A stretch of 56,937 nt of DNA, from NCBI GenBank assembly GCA_016839605.1, contig JAEOTX010000022.1, positions 1 to 56,937 on the forward strand, in the 5' to 3' direction. Position 1 is the first letter of the stretch, and each line of letters opens with the position of its first letter. Source of the stretch: Candidatus Thorarchaeota archaeon. Its GTDB lineage: Archaea > Asgardarchaeota > Thorarchaeia > Thorarchaeales > Thorarchaeaceae. The translations under genes and the position numbers were made by a program. Of the stretch, positions 27,005-38,047 are shown piece after piece. The notes under the pieces are model-generated. The model was not told the DNA's origin. It did no database searches and saw only the letters and a program-made list of their open reading frames with translations.

Positions 27005-29140
27005 TCAGCTCATCAGTCCGTTAATGGCCTCTCTCATACGCTTGCTCTCTTCCACAGGATCGGGGAATGTGATGCTACTTGCAGTAATGTCCAAGGAGTC
27101 CTTGAACTTGGACACGCGGCCTTGGATTGCAACATATCTTCCAAGTGTTCTGTCAGAGTTCTGTTCCAAGGGCTCGAGTCTGTTCCCTGAGTTCGTTATG
27201 AGTTCATGAGCTTCCACTGCTGTCATCTGAAGCAGAGACTCACCAGCCTCCCCAAAGAGGGTGGTTCTTATAGAACCTGAACCATCATCGACAGTTATTT
27301 TGTATAGCATCCTATACTCAGGTTCTTTCACATCTCCACAGACCGCGCATGTGAATCGCCCCTCTTCTTCCTCCACTTTCTTTCTACAACTTGGGCAAGC
27401 CGGATAAATTGGGCTCTTCTGGGAAATTCCCACTACGATTCCACAGACCTCAACGCTTTTTCCCTCACTGCTGTCGTCTATATCTCCAATCAGTACTCTT
27501 CCAGCAGGCTGTGTTTTTGGTTGTGATGAAAGCTCGGTCAACTCTAACTGCTCGAGACGGGATCCTTTTGGATTAATCTCGATTTCAGCTCTTCGACCAA
27601 CATGAACTTCTACACCACCCCTGAATCCTTCCTTTGCGTATGCGTGAGTGACGACAATCACATCACCCTCATCGAGGGCCTTTATTTTGTCCACGTCCTC
27701 ATTCCAGAATGTAAGCCGAACCTGTGCAGTTTCATCTGCTATGATTATGTTCTGAACTCTTCCCTCTTTTCCATCTCTGTCAAACGTGTTAATCGGGAAT
27801 ACTCTTACCACCTTGCCTTCAACATCAACATCGCGCATTTCAACGGTGATATCTGCAAGCTCCTTCTTACCAATAGGTTCAGGGGCTGACGCAGGTATGG
27901 CTGATACTTTCAACTTCTTGAGCTTCGACCCCTTTGGATTGATAGTGATCTCGGCATTACGGCCCATATGAATCTCAACGCCACCTCTATAACCCTCCTT
28001 GGCATAGACATGCATGACACTAATTACATTGTCCACTTTGAGGTCCTTGATTTTGTCCACGTCTTCGTTCCAGAATGTCAGTCGAATTTGAGCAGACTCA
28101 TCTGCTATGATTATGTTCTGAACTCTTCCTTCTTTTCCATCTCTGTCAAACGTGTTAACTGGAAATATCTGAACAACCTTTCCCTCAACATCCAAATCAC
28201 GCATATCAAGAGTGATGTCTGCAATCTTTTTCTTGCCAACAGGTGAGGAAGCGGTTCCCACAGTTGATTCTACGGCGTCAATCTTGACCTTCAATTCTCT
28301 TTCAATCTGTGCTGACCTACCAGCATGAATCTCAATATTGCCGTAGCGTCCTCTCCTTGTGTATCCTCCACGAAGGTTGAAGACTTCTCCCACTTTAGCA
28401 TCTTCCATCTCTTCAGCCTCCTTATCCCAGAAGACACATCCTGTTTCGCCCGTTTCATCAGCAACAATTAATCTGAGGACCTTGCCTTCGGACTCTCCCT
28501 CATCTCTAGAGAATGTGGTCAGTGGAAAGACCTTCTGAATTTTAGCTGTGACAGATATGTTGTACATCTTTTCCTCTAGTAGCTCGCCAATCTTTGTAGA
28601 TGGTGTTTCGCCAAAATCAATACCCAGGTCTTCAAGCTCGTACTCATCTAGAATCTTTATACCTGACATACGGCCCATATTGATCTCGAGAGCGTCACCC
28701 AATCCCTTTTTCACGTAGCCTCCACGTAACTGAATGACATCATCAATCTTGACGATGTCCTCCTCAACAACTCTGGTTATTTCATCCCAGAGTGTGACTC
28801 TTATCTCACCGGTTTCATCTGCAACAAAGAGGCTAGCAACTTTTCCCTCGCCTCCATCCTTGCGTGTGAAGGTTCGAACTGGATTCTTACTGACCACTCT
28901 TGCAGTCAACGGGATTCTTCCAGTAGATTCAGTTATATCCTCAATCCTGATTCGCGCTTTAGCAGAAACTTGTTGCAGGTCAATACCAAGCTCGCGTGCA
29001 ATAATCATGGCTGCTGACTCTTCATTAACAACTTCTGGGCCAAGCTCTTGTCTCTTCTCCCCAATCATTTTGAGGACTTCATCTCGTTGATGCTCTGTGT
29101 GTTTCAGAATGAGCTCAATCGTTTCTTCAAGTGTGAGCAC
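27005..29140 (-). CDS. rpa: Replication protein A (multiple OB folds plus Zn finger)
   Basis: Repeated ADET/ADES...W OB units; CPSC...CAVC; DDGSGSIR. Confidence 0.88.
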   Translation of the reverse strand: MLTLEETIELILKHTEHQRDEVLKMIGEKRQELGPEVVNEESAAMIIARELGIDLQQVSAKARIRIEDITESTGRIPLTARVVSKNPVRTFTRKDGGEGKVASLFVADETGEIRVTLWDEITRVVEEDIVKIDDVIQLRGGYVKKGLGDALEINMGRMSGIKILDEYELEDLGIDFGETPSTKIGELLEEKMYNISVTAKIQKVFPLTTFSRDEGESEGKVLRLIVADETGETGCVFWDKEAEEMEDAKVGEVFNLRGGYTRRGRYGNIEIHAGRSAQIERELKVKIDAVESTVGTASSPVGKKKIADITLDMRDLDVEGKVVQIFPVNTFDRDGKEGRVQNIIIADESAQIRLTFWNEDVDKIKDLKVDNVISVMHVYAKEGYRGGVEIHMGRNAEITINPKGSKLKKLKVSAIPASAPEPIGKKELADITVEMRDVDVEGKVVRVFPINTFDRDGKEGRVQNIIIADETAQVRLTFWNEDVDKIKALDEGDVIVVTHAYAKEGFRGGVEVHVGRRAEIEINPKGSRLEQLELTELSSQPKTQPAGRVLIGDIDDSSEGKSVEVCGIVVGISQKSPIYPACPSCRKKVEEEEGRFTCAVCGDVKEPEYRMLYKITVDDGSGSIRTTLFGEAGESLLQMTAVEAHELITNSGNRLEPLEQNSDRTLGRYVAIQGRVSKFKDSLDITASSITFPDPVEESKRMREAINGLMS
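27560..28250 (-). repeat. Intragenic tandem duplication of an OB fold, period 366 bp
   Basis: About 60-bp stretch at 27732 and 28098 differing at one base. Confidence 0.85.
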
Positions 29141-29297
29141 TTCTATTACCGTCCTGACGACCACTGATGGCGTTTGGTCAACATCACGTACATCGTTTCT
29201 GCTTTAAAGCTCACTACTCAAAGACGCCGAGCTAGCTGCCAGTTTTGTCTTGCCGAAAGATAAAAGACGAATACCAATAACCGTGGTCTGACGAACT

Positions 29298-32200
29298 GTG
29301 ACCGAATCCGAACACCCAAGCCTTCCAAGCCATAGTGTGAGTTACGAGCAATATTTCGAAGCCCTGAACAAAGAGGTCGAGAAAATCTATGAAATTGCAG
29401 AGAAGGCTAGGGCAATGGGATATGATCCTACAACTAGAGTTGAAATCCCTCCAGCTCATGATGTTGCAGCCCGTGTAGAAGCCACTCTCGAAGGCCCTAT
29501 TGGAGTGGCTAAGCGAATCAGAGAGCTCATTCAAGAGTATGAGACTCGTGAAGAAGTGGCCTTTGCAGTTGCGAGAGAGATTGCAATAGGTGAGCTAGGA
29601 GCGATCACAGATAAAGAAAAGGCCGCTGACAAGGCGGTTCGTGTAGCTCTTGCTATCTTGACCGAGAGCATAACAGCTGCACCTATAGAAGGTATCTCAA
29701 GGGTTTTGATACGAGGATCTGGTGATGATAGATACCTTGCACTCTACTTGGCCGGTCCAATCCGCGCGGCAGGCGGAACTGAGGCCGCTATGACGGTGTT
29801 AGTGGCAGACTATGTGCGGCAGGTCCTTGAACTACCTCCATTTGTGGCAACAGAACGCGAGATTGAGCGTGCTATAGAGGAAGTGGAGCTGTATGCAAGA
29901 TTTGGCCATCTTCAATATCCTGTTGAACCAGAACTGGTTAGGCTTGCTGCCACCAGACTCCCAATTATGCTGACTGGAGATCCTACTGAGGAATTCGAGG
30001 TCACTGGAAGCCGCGATATTGAAAGAATTGGGATTGGAGTCAATCGAGTTCGCGGGGGGGCAGTCCTAGTTCTGAATGATGGAGTCGTAGGTAGGGCTAC
30101 AAAGCTGGCGAAAATAGTCAATGAGAACTCAATCAAGGGCTGGGAATGGTTGAATGATTTAGCCGCAAAGACATCCAAGGCGGCATCAGCCGAAGCTGAA
30201 GACTCTGTAGAGAAGAAGCTTGAGCCCAAGTTTGACTATCTAGCTGACGTCATCGGAGGACGGCCAGTCTTTTCTCATCCATCTAGCATAGGTGGATTCA
30301 GGCTGAGGTATGGCAGGTCACGGAACACAGGTCTTGCCGGAGTTGGAGTTCACCCAGCCACTATGTTCATAGTAGATGAATTTCTGGCTCCAGGCACTCA
30401 TATCAGAACTGAAAGACCTGGCAAGGGGTCAATAGTCACCCCTGTAGACACAATAGAGGGCCCTATTGTCCTGCTGAAGGACAAGTCTGTGAAACAGATT
30501 TTCTCGGTCAGTGAGGCGCGAAAACTTCAGGGGCAGATAGAACGCATCCTCTACCTAGGCGACATTCTTGTGGCATTGGGTGAATTTCTAGAGAACAATC
30601 ATCCATTGGTCCCGTCAGGATACTGTGAAGAATGGTGGTCTCATGACCTTGAAAGGGTCTATTCGGGTCTTGATACTAAGAAGATACAGAAGGCTATCGC
30701 CGGTTCTGACGTCACCCCCGAAGATATAGACGCCTTCATTGTGTCACCATTAATCCGAATCCCAAGTCCAGAGGAGGCTATTCTTCTTTCAACCAAATTT
30801 GGAATCCCACTCCATCCTAGATACCTGTACCGTTGGTCCTCCCTCACTGTGGAAAACATGCTTGATATCAGGAGCTGGCTACTCACGAAGCACAAGATTG
30901 AGCAAAGCTCAGATGGAGAGCGGATGACACTTCCCAACGATCAGAAATACAAGAACATGCTGGAGAAACTAGGAGTCCCTCACTTCCTTACTAATGACCG
31001 CAAACGAATCGAGCTTATAGACAGTCCTTTGACTATCTTGTCACAACTGGGTGAGAAGAAGGACACGGCAGTCGGTAGCAATGCATTGGATGCACTAGCA
31101 TCGTGTGCGAAAGTGCCTTTGAGAGATAAGATGGGCTTTTCCATCGGAGCTAGGATGGGTCGGCCAGAGAAGGCTCAAGAGAGAAAAATGCGACCCCCAG
31201 TCCAAGTCCTATTCCCTGTAGGCCGTTCCCTTTCCACCGAACGCAGGATGGTGAAGGTGGCTAAGAGTACAGATCAGACCGCCCGAATCCATGACTACGA
31301 CCTCGACAATAACAGACCTGCGCCTAGACTTCCAGCTGCTGGTGTCAAACTTGAGCTTGTACACAGAGTCTGTCCCTCGTGTCAGAATGAAACCTTTGAA
31401 TCACGATGCTATGAATGTGGCAGTCATACTGAGGTACAGAAGTTGTGTTCAAACCCTGATTGCGGTAAGCCAGTAGACCCGATTAGTGGAATGTGCTCAT
31501 CGCATCCTGGTGCACGGGTGCGAGGCACAAAGGAGAGGCAAGTTGACATTAGAGGCCTTTTGGAGCGTGTGAAAGAAGAGATAGATGAACCTCAAGCATA
31601 TGACCTTCGGGCTGTTCTAGGTCTTACGAGTGACCTGAAGATTCCTGAATATCTTGGAAAGGGAATTCTTCGAGCTAAACATGATGTTTATTGCTATCGT
31701 GATGGGACAGCACGGTTTGATGTCACAGATGCCCCCCTCACCCATTTCAGACCCCGAGAGGTTGGGGTTCCAGTTCATAAGCTACGGGAGCTGGGTTATA
31801 TCAGTGACCATCAAGGGGCTCCGCTAGTTTCCGACATGCAAATACTTGAGCTCAAGGTTCAGGATTTAATAGTGCCTGAGAACTGTGCTGACTACATGGT
31901 TCGCGTCGGACGGTTTGTAGATGACAGTTTGGAGAAAATCTACAAGAAGGATAGATACTATAACTTCAAGGCTCCCGAGGACACAATTGGTCAGCTTGTG
32001 ATTGGCCTGGCACCACACACATCCGCAGGAATCATTGGAAGAATTGTTGGATTTACAAACGCTAGCGTTTGTTATGCGCATCCATTCTGGCATGCAGCAA
32101 AACGCAGAAACTGTGATGGAGATGAAGATGCTATTATCTTGGTCCTTGACGCTCTCATCAACTTCTCCAAGGAGTATCTTCCAGCAGGACGAGGAGGCTT

Positions 32201-32858
32201 CATGGATGCTCCCCTTGTGCTCTCAGTCATTCTCAATCCCGAAGAGGTTGATGATGAGAGTCACAACATAGAGGTATGCTATCGCTATCCAGCCGAGTTC
32301 TATGAGATGGTGGCTGAGGCTCAACATCCCACGGCAGTTAAGCATCTTGTCGATATTGTCGGGTCCCGATTGGGCAAAGAGGAACAATACGAGGGTTTCG
32401 GTTTTACTCATGATACATCATCAATTGATGCTGGCCCCCGAAACTCAAGATACAAGACTTTAGGATCCATGGCGGAGAAGCTTGAGGCACAGCTTCACTT
32501 GGCTGTTCTTATTGATGCCGTCGATTCGAGGGATGTAGCTGAGAGAGTTCTGTCCCATCATTTCATTCGTGACATTCGGGGGAATCTCCGCGCTTATTCT
32601 ACACAAAAGATACGATGCCGAAAATGTAACAGGATATATCGCCGAATACCCATGTCCGGAGAATGCAGCTGTGGAGAGGGCTTATTACTCACAGTGAGTC
32701 AGAAGAACATCTCAAAGTATCTTGCAGTTGCCGAAAAGATGATGCACGATCATGATCTCAGTCAATATCTCCGTCAACGGATCAAGCTAATTAATGCTGC
32801 TCTGGACTCACTCTTTGTATCAGAACAGACCGACCTCACAGACTTCTTTGATGTCTGA
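29298..32858 (+). CDS. polC: DNA polymerase D large subunit DP2
   Basis: AGPIRAAGGT, GFRLRYGRSRNTG, KRRNCDGDED, C-terminal PIP-like QTDLTDFF; no intein evident. Confidence 0.97.
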   Translation: MTESEHPSLPSHSVSYEQYFEALNKEVEKIYEIAEKARAMGYDPTTRVEIPPAHDVAARVEATLEGPIGVAKRIRELIQEYETREEVAFAVAREIAIGELGAITDKEKAADKAVRVALAILTESITAAPIEGISRVLIRGSGDDRYLALYLAGPIRAAGGTEAAMTVLVADYVRQVLELPPFVATEREIERAIEEVELYARFGHLQYPVEPELVRLAATRLPIMLTGDPTEEFEVTGSRDIERIGIGVNRVRGGAVLVLNDGVVGRATKLAKIVNENSIKGWEWLNDLAAKTSKAASAEAEDSVEKKLEPKFDYLADVIGGRPVFSHPSSIGGFRLRYGRSRNTGLAGVGVHPATMFIVDEFLAPGTHIRTERPGKGSIVTPVDTIEGPIVLLKDKSVKQIFSVSEARKLQGQIERILYLGDILVALGEFLENNHPLVPSGYCEEWWSHDLERVYSGLDTKKIQKAIAGSDVTPEDIDAFIVSPLIRIPSPEEAILLSTKFGIPLHPRYLYRWSSLTVENMLDIRSWLLTKHKIEQSSDGERMTLPNDQKYKNMLEKLGVPHFLTNDRKRIELIDSPLTILSQLGEKKDTAVGSNALDALASCAKVPLRDKMGFSIGARMGRPEKAQERKMRPPVQVLFPVGRSLSTERRMVKVAKSTDQTARIHDYDLDNNRPAPRLPAAGVKLELVHRVCPSCQNETFESRCYECGSHTEVQKLCSNPDCGKPVDPISGMCSSHPGARVRGTKERQVDIRGLLERVKEEIDEPQAYDLRAVLGLTSDLKIPEYLGKGILRAKHDVYCYRDGTARFDVTDAPLTHFRPREVGVPVHKLRELGYISDHQGAPLVSDMQILELKVQDLIVPENCADYMVRVGRFVDDSLEKIYKKDRYYNFKAPEDTIGQLVIGLAPHTSAGIIGRIVGFTNASVCYAHPFWHAAKRRNCDGDEDAIILVLDALINFSKEYLPAGRGGFMDAPLVLSVILNPEEVDDESHNIEVCYRYPAEFYEMVAEAQHPTAVKHLVDIVGSRLGKEEQYEGFGFTHDTSSIDAGPRNSRYKTLGSMAEKLEAQLHLAVLIDAVDSRDVAERVLSHHFIRDIRGNLRAYSTQKIRCRKCNRIYRRIPMSGECSCGEGLLLTVSQKNISKYLAVAEKMMHDHDLSQYLRQRIKLINAALDSLFVSEQTDLTDFFDV

Positions 32859-32860
32859 AC

Positions 32861-33712
32861 TCACTCTTCATCCAGCGCTAGTTTGAGCAGGTCGCTGTCT
32901 TCAATCATACCAATCAAATTGTTTGTCGCGGAGAGTACTGGAGCCTGGTCTATGTCATTCTTTCTGAATATTCTGACACACTCTGGGATTGTGCTTACTT
33001 CGTTGACACTGATGATGTTCTGTGTCATCACACCTTTAACAGGCACATTTGGCAGCCTTAGCAGTTTCTTAGTCACTACTAGAAAATCCTTCGAGTCCCA
33101 GCTCCACTCGACCGAAGAATCAGTGCCGCTATAGGTCTTGGAAACGTTGTCCTCCACAGAAACTTCCGACAGGCGAATGAAGTCGCTCACCGTAATCATC
33201 CCTGTGACCCCTCCTGCTTCGTTCACAAGGACCAGTGCACTCCTGCCTGCCATCTCCATCAGCATATATGCAAGTGGGCAGGGAGTTTCTTCCCAAGCTG
33301 CATTAATCTGCGGCCTCATATAATCCCCGACCTTGCTATCTTGATACTTCTTATGCTCCTCTAGGACCGCTCCTAAGATGTCAGGGACAGTCACGAGGCC
33401 TACGAGTTCATCATTATCAACAACAGGAAGTCGTCTGAATCCCTTGTCTAACATCAGCTTCACTGCAGTCTTCACCTGAGTCCTAGGTGTGACCGTTTCA
33501 GGGTCTCGCACCATCAGCATGGCAAGCTGTGGCTCGTCAGCCTTTCTCAACAGATCACTTCTGGTCACCATTCCTACCAGGGTCTTTGTGCCCTTTTTCA
33601 CGACAGGGATTCCATTGACCTGTTTCTCTGCCATAATTTGCAGGACATCCTCTCGAGTTCCAGGTACGTAGGCATATACCACATCTGATTGCATGCACTG
33701 TGCGACTTTCAT
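32861..33712 (-). CDS. CBS-domain protein (four CBS repeats)
   Basis: GIPVV..LVGMVTRSDL; RLPVVD..LVGLVT. Confidence 0.9.
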   Translation of the reverse strand: MKVAQCMQSDVVYAYVPGTREDVLQIMAEKQVNGIPVVKKGTKTLVGMVTRSDLLRKADEPQLAMLMVRDPETVTPRTQVKTAVKLMLDKGFRRLPVVDNDELVGLVTVPDILGAVLEEHKKYQDSKVGDYMRPQINAAWEETPCPLAYMLMEMAGRSALVLVNEAGGVTGMITVSDFIRLSEVSVEDNVSKTYSGTDSSVEWSWDSKDFLVVTKKLLRLPNVPVKGVMTQNIISVNEVSTIPECVRIFRKNDIDQAPVLSATNNLIGMIEDSDLLKLALDEE

Positions 33713-33891
33713 GCTGATACCTTCATGGTTGGTTTGTTTTACTCGGGTATTGTAGAAACGGCGTATCATATCATAGGTTCTACTAAACCAATTGACCCTG
33801 CGGCAATAACCGAAATAGATAGGGCCGGTAAGCACCTACTCCCTTTGGCTTTAAAATGTAATGGCATGCCAAAGATTGGGTTCCATAGGGG

Positions 33892-34452
33892 TCACCAAGG
33901 ATTCTTCTTGAATCCCAAGAGGTAACCCAATGCGTTACTCACCCAATGAATGACCAACGTAGTGATAACGAGTATCACAGCATAGATTCCTTCTGGCTGA
34001 AGAAGTGGATATGCAAAAAGAAGTGCCATGATTATGAATCCTAGCTGGTCAAGTATAGGCGAGGGACCTCCACTCTGCACTTTGACTCTTCTCTTCAAAA
34101 AGGAACCAATGAGGTCTCCAGCTAGTGCCCCAACAGAGAGAAGGAAGCCTGTAGATACGGTCATGAACAGGACATACTCCATGCTTGGAGTCACAACGAC
34201 AAATTCTGCCAGAATGGGCATCAAATATGGGGCCAGAATATGCTGTCCCAATCCTGTCAGAGTGCCAAAGAACACTCCAACAATGAAGCCTCGTATTGTC
34301 TTACCGTCGCCAAGGACTCTGTGACCATCTCGCATGAACTTGCCACCATCTACTGGCCTACCACCTCCAAATATCACTGGAGTTGCATTGGCAATCCAAG
34401 CTGGTAATCCCAACCACACTGATAGTTCAAGCAGAGCTAGTGCTTCATACAT
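33892..34452 (-). CDS. carS: CDP-archaeol synthase
   Basis: PAWIANATPV, PVDGG, DGKTIRG, GDLIGSFLKRR, LDQL. Confidence 0.93.
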   Translation of the reverse strand: MYEALALLELSVWLGLPAWIANATPVIFGGGRPVDGGKFMRDGHRVLGDGKTIRGFIVGVFFGTLTGLGQHILAPYLMPILAEFVVVTPSMEYVLFMTVSTGFLLSVGALAGDLIGSFLKRRVKVQSGGPSPILDQLGFIIMALLFAYPLLQPEGIYAVILVITTLVIHWVSNALGYLLGFKKNPW

Positions 34453-34485
34453 CTGGCGTGACTCCTATAGAAATCTAAGAGCTTC

Positions 34486-35217
34486 TCATTTCATTGTTTC
34501 TCTTTGGTCTGCTTCCAGTGCTAATCCCCTTTCTGTGAGGAAAAGCCTGCACATCGATGGCTCACTTTCTGGTCTTAATCTTTTCAATATTCTCTCCCCG
34601 GTTCCTCTTCCAATACGCATCTTCAGAATATAGTCTGACCAATAATCCAGAATATTGCTTGCAACGGGTTCAAAGTCTTCTGTTCTATCCATACTTCCTC
34701 TCACTTGATTCAGAACAAGCACTGCCATGTCTTTCTCTCTTGCTAGTCCCTTCAAAACTCCGGCTTGTCGATTGAGTTCCCGATGATTGAGATAGTTGGT
34801 CTTGCGGTCATCCAATACCGATCTATAGAGTCGAGTCAATGTGTCAATGACGACAAGCCTAGTATCATCCCGTGCGTATAATTCAATGTCGTCAATCAGT
34901 GCGCTTTGTTCATCGAAGTCCTTGGGGGATAGAATCATCAATCTGTCTTTGATTTGGCTGAACTCCTTCCCAGAAATCTGTTCTAGCCTCTCAATTGGGG
35001 AAGAGGACTCAGAGTTGATGTAGATAGTTCTTGCGCCTATTCTACATGCCGCACTGACAAACTGAAGCGCAGCTGTGGTCTTTCCTGCTGCTGCCTCTCC
35101 ATAGAAATGAATAAACAGGCCGGTTGAAAGCCCACCATTGAGGATCCTGTCCAAGGCCGATGCACCTGACGGAAGAATCAAATCACCCTTCACCAGGTTC
35201 ATGTTGTCACAAGACAA
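34486..35217 (-). CDS. radB: RadB recombination mediator (RecA/Rad51 paralog)
   Basis: LDRILNGG, GEAAAGKT, VVIDT, LNQV; no N-terminal HhH domain. Confidence 0.85.
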   Translation of the reverse strand: MSCDNMNLVKGDLILPSGASALDRILNGGLSTGLFIHFYGEAAAGKTTAALQFVSAACRIGARTIYINSESSSPIERLEQISGKEFSQIKDRLMILSPKDFDEQSALIDDIELYARDDTRLVVIDTLTRLYRSVLDDRKTNYLNHRELNRQAGVLKGLAREKDMAVLVLNQVRGSMDRTEDFEPVASNILDYWSDYILKMRIGRGTGERILKRLRPESEPSMCRLFLTERGLALEADQRETMK

Positions 35218-35248
35218 GTGATAAGCCTAACTCAGAAGGAGCGTTGTA

Positions 35249-36013
35249 ATGCCAAGGTATGAGGTAGCAGTCGCCACTAGGAACCCAAAGGTCCGTTATC
35301 TTGCTGTTAACCTCCTGAAACGACTCGGTATTGGTTTTGCATTATGTGCCCCTGACGATAGAAGATGTGGCACATCAAAGGTTGTAATAACGACAGAATC
35401 AGAGGCCTCTCAATTCCAAGCAAATCATCTAGTGGTGGTAGATGAGGCCTTCAATGATGATACAACTGCAATAGAAATCATGATTGGCCTTTTCGACGTC
35501 AGAGACCCTTCGGTCATAGCCATTGGTATCGATCCAGGAATGAAATTCGGGTTGGCCCTCACAGCTGATGGCACCGCAATCTATACAACTACAGCATCCA
35601 CACCCTTTGCTGCTGTCAATCATACCCTCCACTGGATAGATATTGTCCAACAACACTTTCAGAACTCTATACTGGTACGTGTAGGAACTGGATCCCGATT
35701 ATATTCAGTACTCTACTTGCGTGGGATGAAGGACAGCACCACCCAAAGAATACAAATCGAGATGGTTGATGAACGACACACAACTAGAGTGGGTGAGTCA
35801 GACAAATCATCTGCAGCACTAATAGCCTCTCGAAAAGGTCGTCCGGTCGCCGACGAGGATCACTATCTCGAAGCAAAAGAAGGGTATGTTAAATCCTTGA
35901 AGCGACTTGTCAAAAAGATCACCGAAGGTAGACTATCCCTTACCTCTGCACAAGCATCCTCGGTTTTACAGAATGAGATACTTCTAGAAGAGATTCTGAG
36001 CGAGTTCGATTAA
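35249..36013 (+). CDS. Conserved protein with YqgF/Tex-like RNase H fold
   Basis: IAIGIDPG..GLAL and VDERHTT motifs. Confidence 0.6.
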   Translation: MPRYEVAVATRNPKVRYLAVNLLKRLGIGFALCAPDDRRCGTSKVVITTESEASQFQANHLVVVDEAFNDDTTAIEIMIGLFDVRDPSVIAIGIDPGMKFGLALTADGTAIYTTTASTPFAAVNHTLHWIDIVQQHFQNSILVRVGTGSRLYSVLYLRGMKDSTTQRIQIEMVDERHTTRVGESDKSSAALIASRKGRPVADEDHYLEAKEGYVKSLKRLVKKITEGRLSLTSAQASSVLQNEILLEEILSEFD

Positions 36014-37941
36014 TGATTCTCAAAGAAAGCATCTACCTGCTCAGCCGTGATGCTTGGGTTGTCCTGTATCACCTGTGTCACCTCTGCCAGCCAAGATGGA
36101 AGAAACCGTTTCAGATATGGTGATGCGAACCTCTGATCCAGAAGGACAATCGCTCCTTTGTCATCAAGTTTCCTAACCGGTCTTCCAGCAGCCTGAATTG
36201 CTCTTGTCATAGCAGGAAGAACGTAGGCATATTCTCTACCCTTGTTATCAAAGCGTCCATCATAATATCCTATCAGCGACTCCATACTTGGTGTTGGTCT
36301 TGCATACGGGACACCAACAACAATTGCACTCTCCATTGCTGGACCTGGAAAGTCACCACCCTCTGAGTTACGTCCGCCTTGAACCCCTAAGAGGACCGCC
36401 CCTCCCGTTTCTCCCCTATGTTTGAAATCTTCAATCATCTTGTCGTTTTCAGTACCCTTCATTCCTGGCTTTTCCTGAAACAACTTGACCTTCAACCGTT
36501 TTTCCAGACCCGCTTTCAACAGAGATTTACCAATGGAATAGCTAGTAGTGAAGATGCCAGTGTTGCCTGGGGTTGCATGAGCCACCGCCACACAGTGATT
36601 CACCATTCTCTTGAACATGTCATCATTCCTAGCTTGATAGGTGGTTTCAACACCATCTACTACCAGACACAACCGATTGCGAGTTGCGAATGGGCTGTGA
36701 TACACATCCGTAATTGCGTCTGGACCAAATCCCAACATCTCAGAATAGGCGTCAAGAGGCGATAAGGTTCCTGAAACAGCCACAGAGCTGTGTACGAGCC
36801 TCAAAATCGGACTTGTCACTGCGGTTGGGTCCAATGCAATTAGCTCGAGAGAAATCCTCTTACTTTCTCCTCTCCCTCGATTTGAAGCTAGTATAAACGA
36901 GTAATCATCACGTTCTATGTTGTTCAACCATCTTATCATGAAATCTGCTACTCTATGGATGAACGAACGTGGGAACTTTCCTGCCTTCAGCAGCCCCTTG
37001 CGTACATTAAGCCCAAAGGTTCTCATGTACCTCAAGACGTCAGTTTCAGGGTCCAACCCGGAGACCTGAAGGGCTAGGTCAAACAAAGCCTGTGGATTAA
37101 TTCCTTTCTCGTCAGTTTCTGTCATACCCACAGTTTGGTCCAATATACACTTGGCGAGCCCCCGTGAGAAATCCTTTGAAGTAGAATCATTGTACGTTGT
37201 TGCTTCTCGCATTGCCTGTCTGATTGCCCCGATTGTGAGAGAGTCACTTGCTGAGCTCAGAGCAGTAGAAGGAACGTTGTGTGCCTCATCTTGTACAAGG
37301 ACCATTTTCGACATGGGGGTCTCAAGCTCGGGCATGAATGCCTCCAAAATCCAAGGGTCGAAAACATAGAGATATGAAAGTGCTACCACGTCAACGACCT
37401 TTGCCAGTCGTTTGGCAAGCTCATAGGGGCAGATAGACCTACTCCTTCCAATCTTTACTATATCGGGCGCAGTTAGCACTGGACTTGGCATGTCTTCAAG
37501 CAAATCCTCTGGTGATCCTGCTACCCTGAGGTTTTCATAATAGACACACCGTCTTGTAGCCTTCAGCTGACCACATACTTCACTGATTGGCGCCACAAAG
37601 TCCGCGTTCTCAAGGACAAACTGGTTTATACACATGTGCCGCCGACCACGAAAAGAAACCCCGCTTACATCGTTCTTCTCTAGGATGACATCAAGTTCCT
37701 CTACAACACGGTCCAACTGCCTATGGGTCCTTGCACAATAGAGAATCTTACCGTTGGTCTCTCTAATCCAAGGAAGAACTCCGCTGAGCGTTGCGCATGT
37801 CTTGCCAAAACCATTTGGCGCTTCCGCACAGATATGAGTCCCACCCCTTACGGCATTCTCAATACCTGCCATCATCTCCTCTTGACCGGCTCGTGCGCTC
37901 GGATAAGGAAAGAAGTCGTGGTAATCATGTTTCTCAGTCAT
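36010..37941 (-). CDS. xpd: XPD/Rad3-family Fe-S helicase
   Basis: EAPNGFGKT, Fe-S cysteines, CPYE, DEAHN, SGTL, QAAGR. Confidence 0.92.
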   Translation of the reverse strand: MTEKHDYHDFFPYPSARAGQEEMMAGIENAVRGGTHICAEAPNGFGKTCATLSGVLPWIRETNGKILYCARTHRQLDRVVEELDVILEKNDVSGVSFRGRRHMCINQFVLENADFVAPISEVCGQLKATRRCVYYENLRVAGSPEDLLEDMPSPVLTAPDIVKIGRSRSICPYELAKRLAKVVDVVALSYLYVFDPWILEAFMPELETPMSKMVLVQDEAHNVPSTALSSASDSLTIGAIRQAMREATTYNDSTSKDFSRGLAKCILDQTVGMTETDEKGINPQALFDLALQVSGLDPETDVLRYMRTFGLNVRKGLLKAGKFPRSFIHRVADFMIRWLNNIERDDYSFILASNRGRGESKRISLELIALDPTAVTSPILRLVHSSVAVSGTLSPLDAYSEMLGFGPDAITDVYHSPFATRNRLCLVVDGVETTYQARNDDMFKRMVNHCVAVAHATPGNTGIFTTSYSIGKSLLKAGLEKRLKVKLFQEKPGMKGTENDKMIEDFKHRGETGGAVLLGVQGGRNSEGGDFPGPAMESAIVVGVPYARPTPSMESLIGYYDGRFDNKGREYAYVLPAMTRAIQAAGRPVRKLDDKGAIVLLDQRFASPYLKRFLPSWLAEVTQVIQDNPSITAEQVDAFFENH

Positions 37942-38047
37942 TGAGTTCTCACTATTGTGAAAGTGGTACCATTGATAACGCTGTTGCTCTACACTCATCC
38001 GTTACTGCTTTATTATGGAACACACGTTAAGTAGCAGGGTGTCAAGG

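Noticed and set aside
29298-32858. Intein in DP2 (also checked Lhr and aIF5B)
   Set aside because: Lengths are normal and no intein terminal motifs were seen
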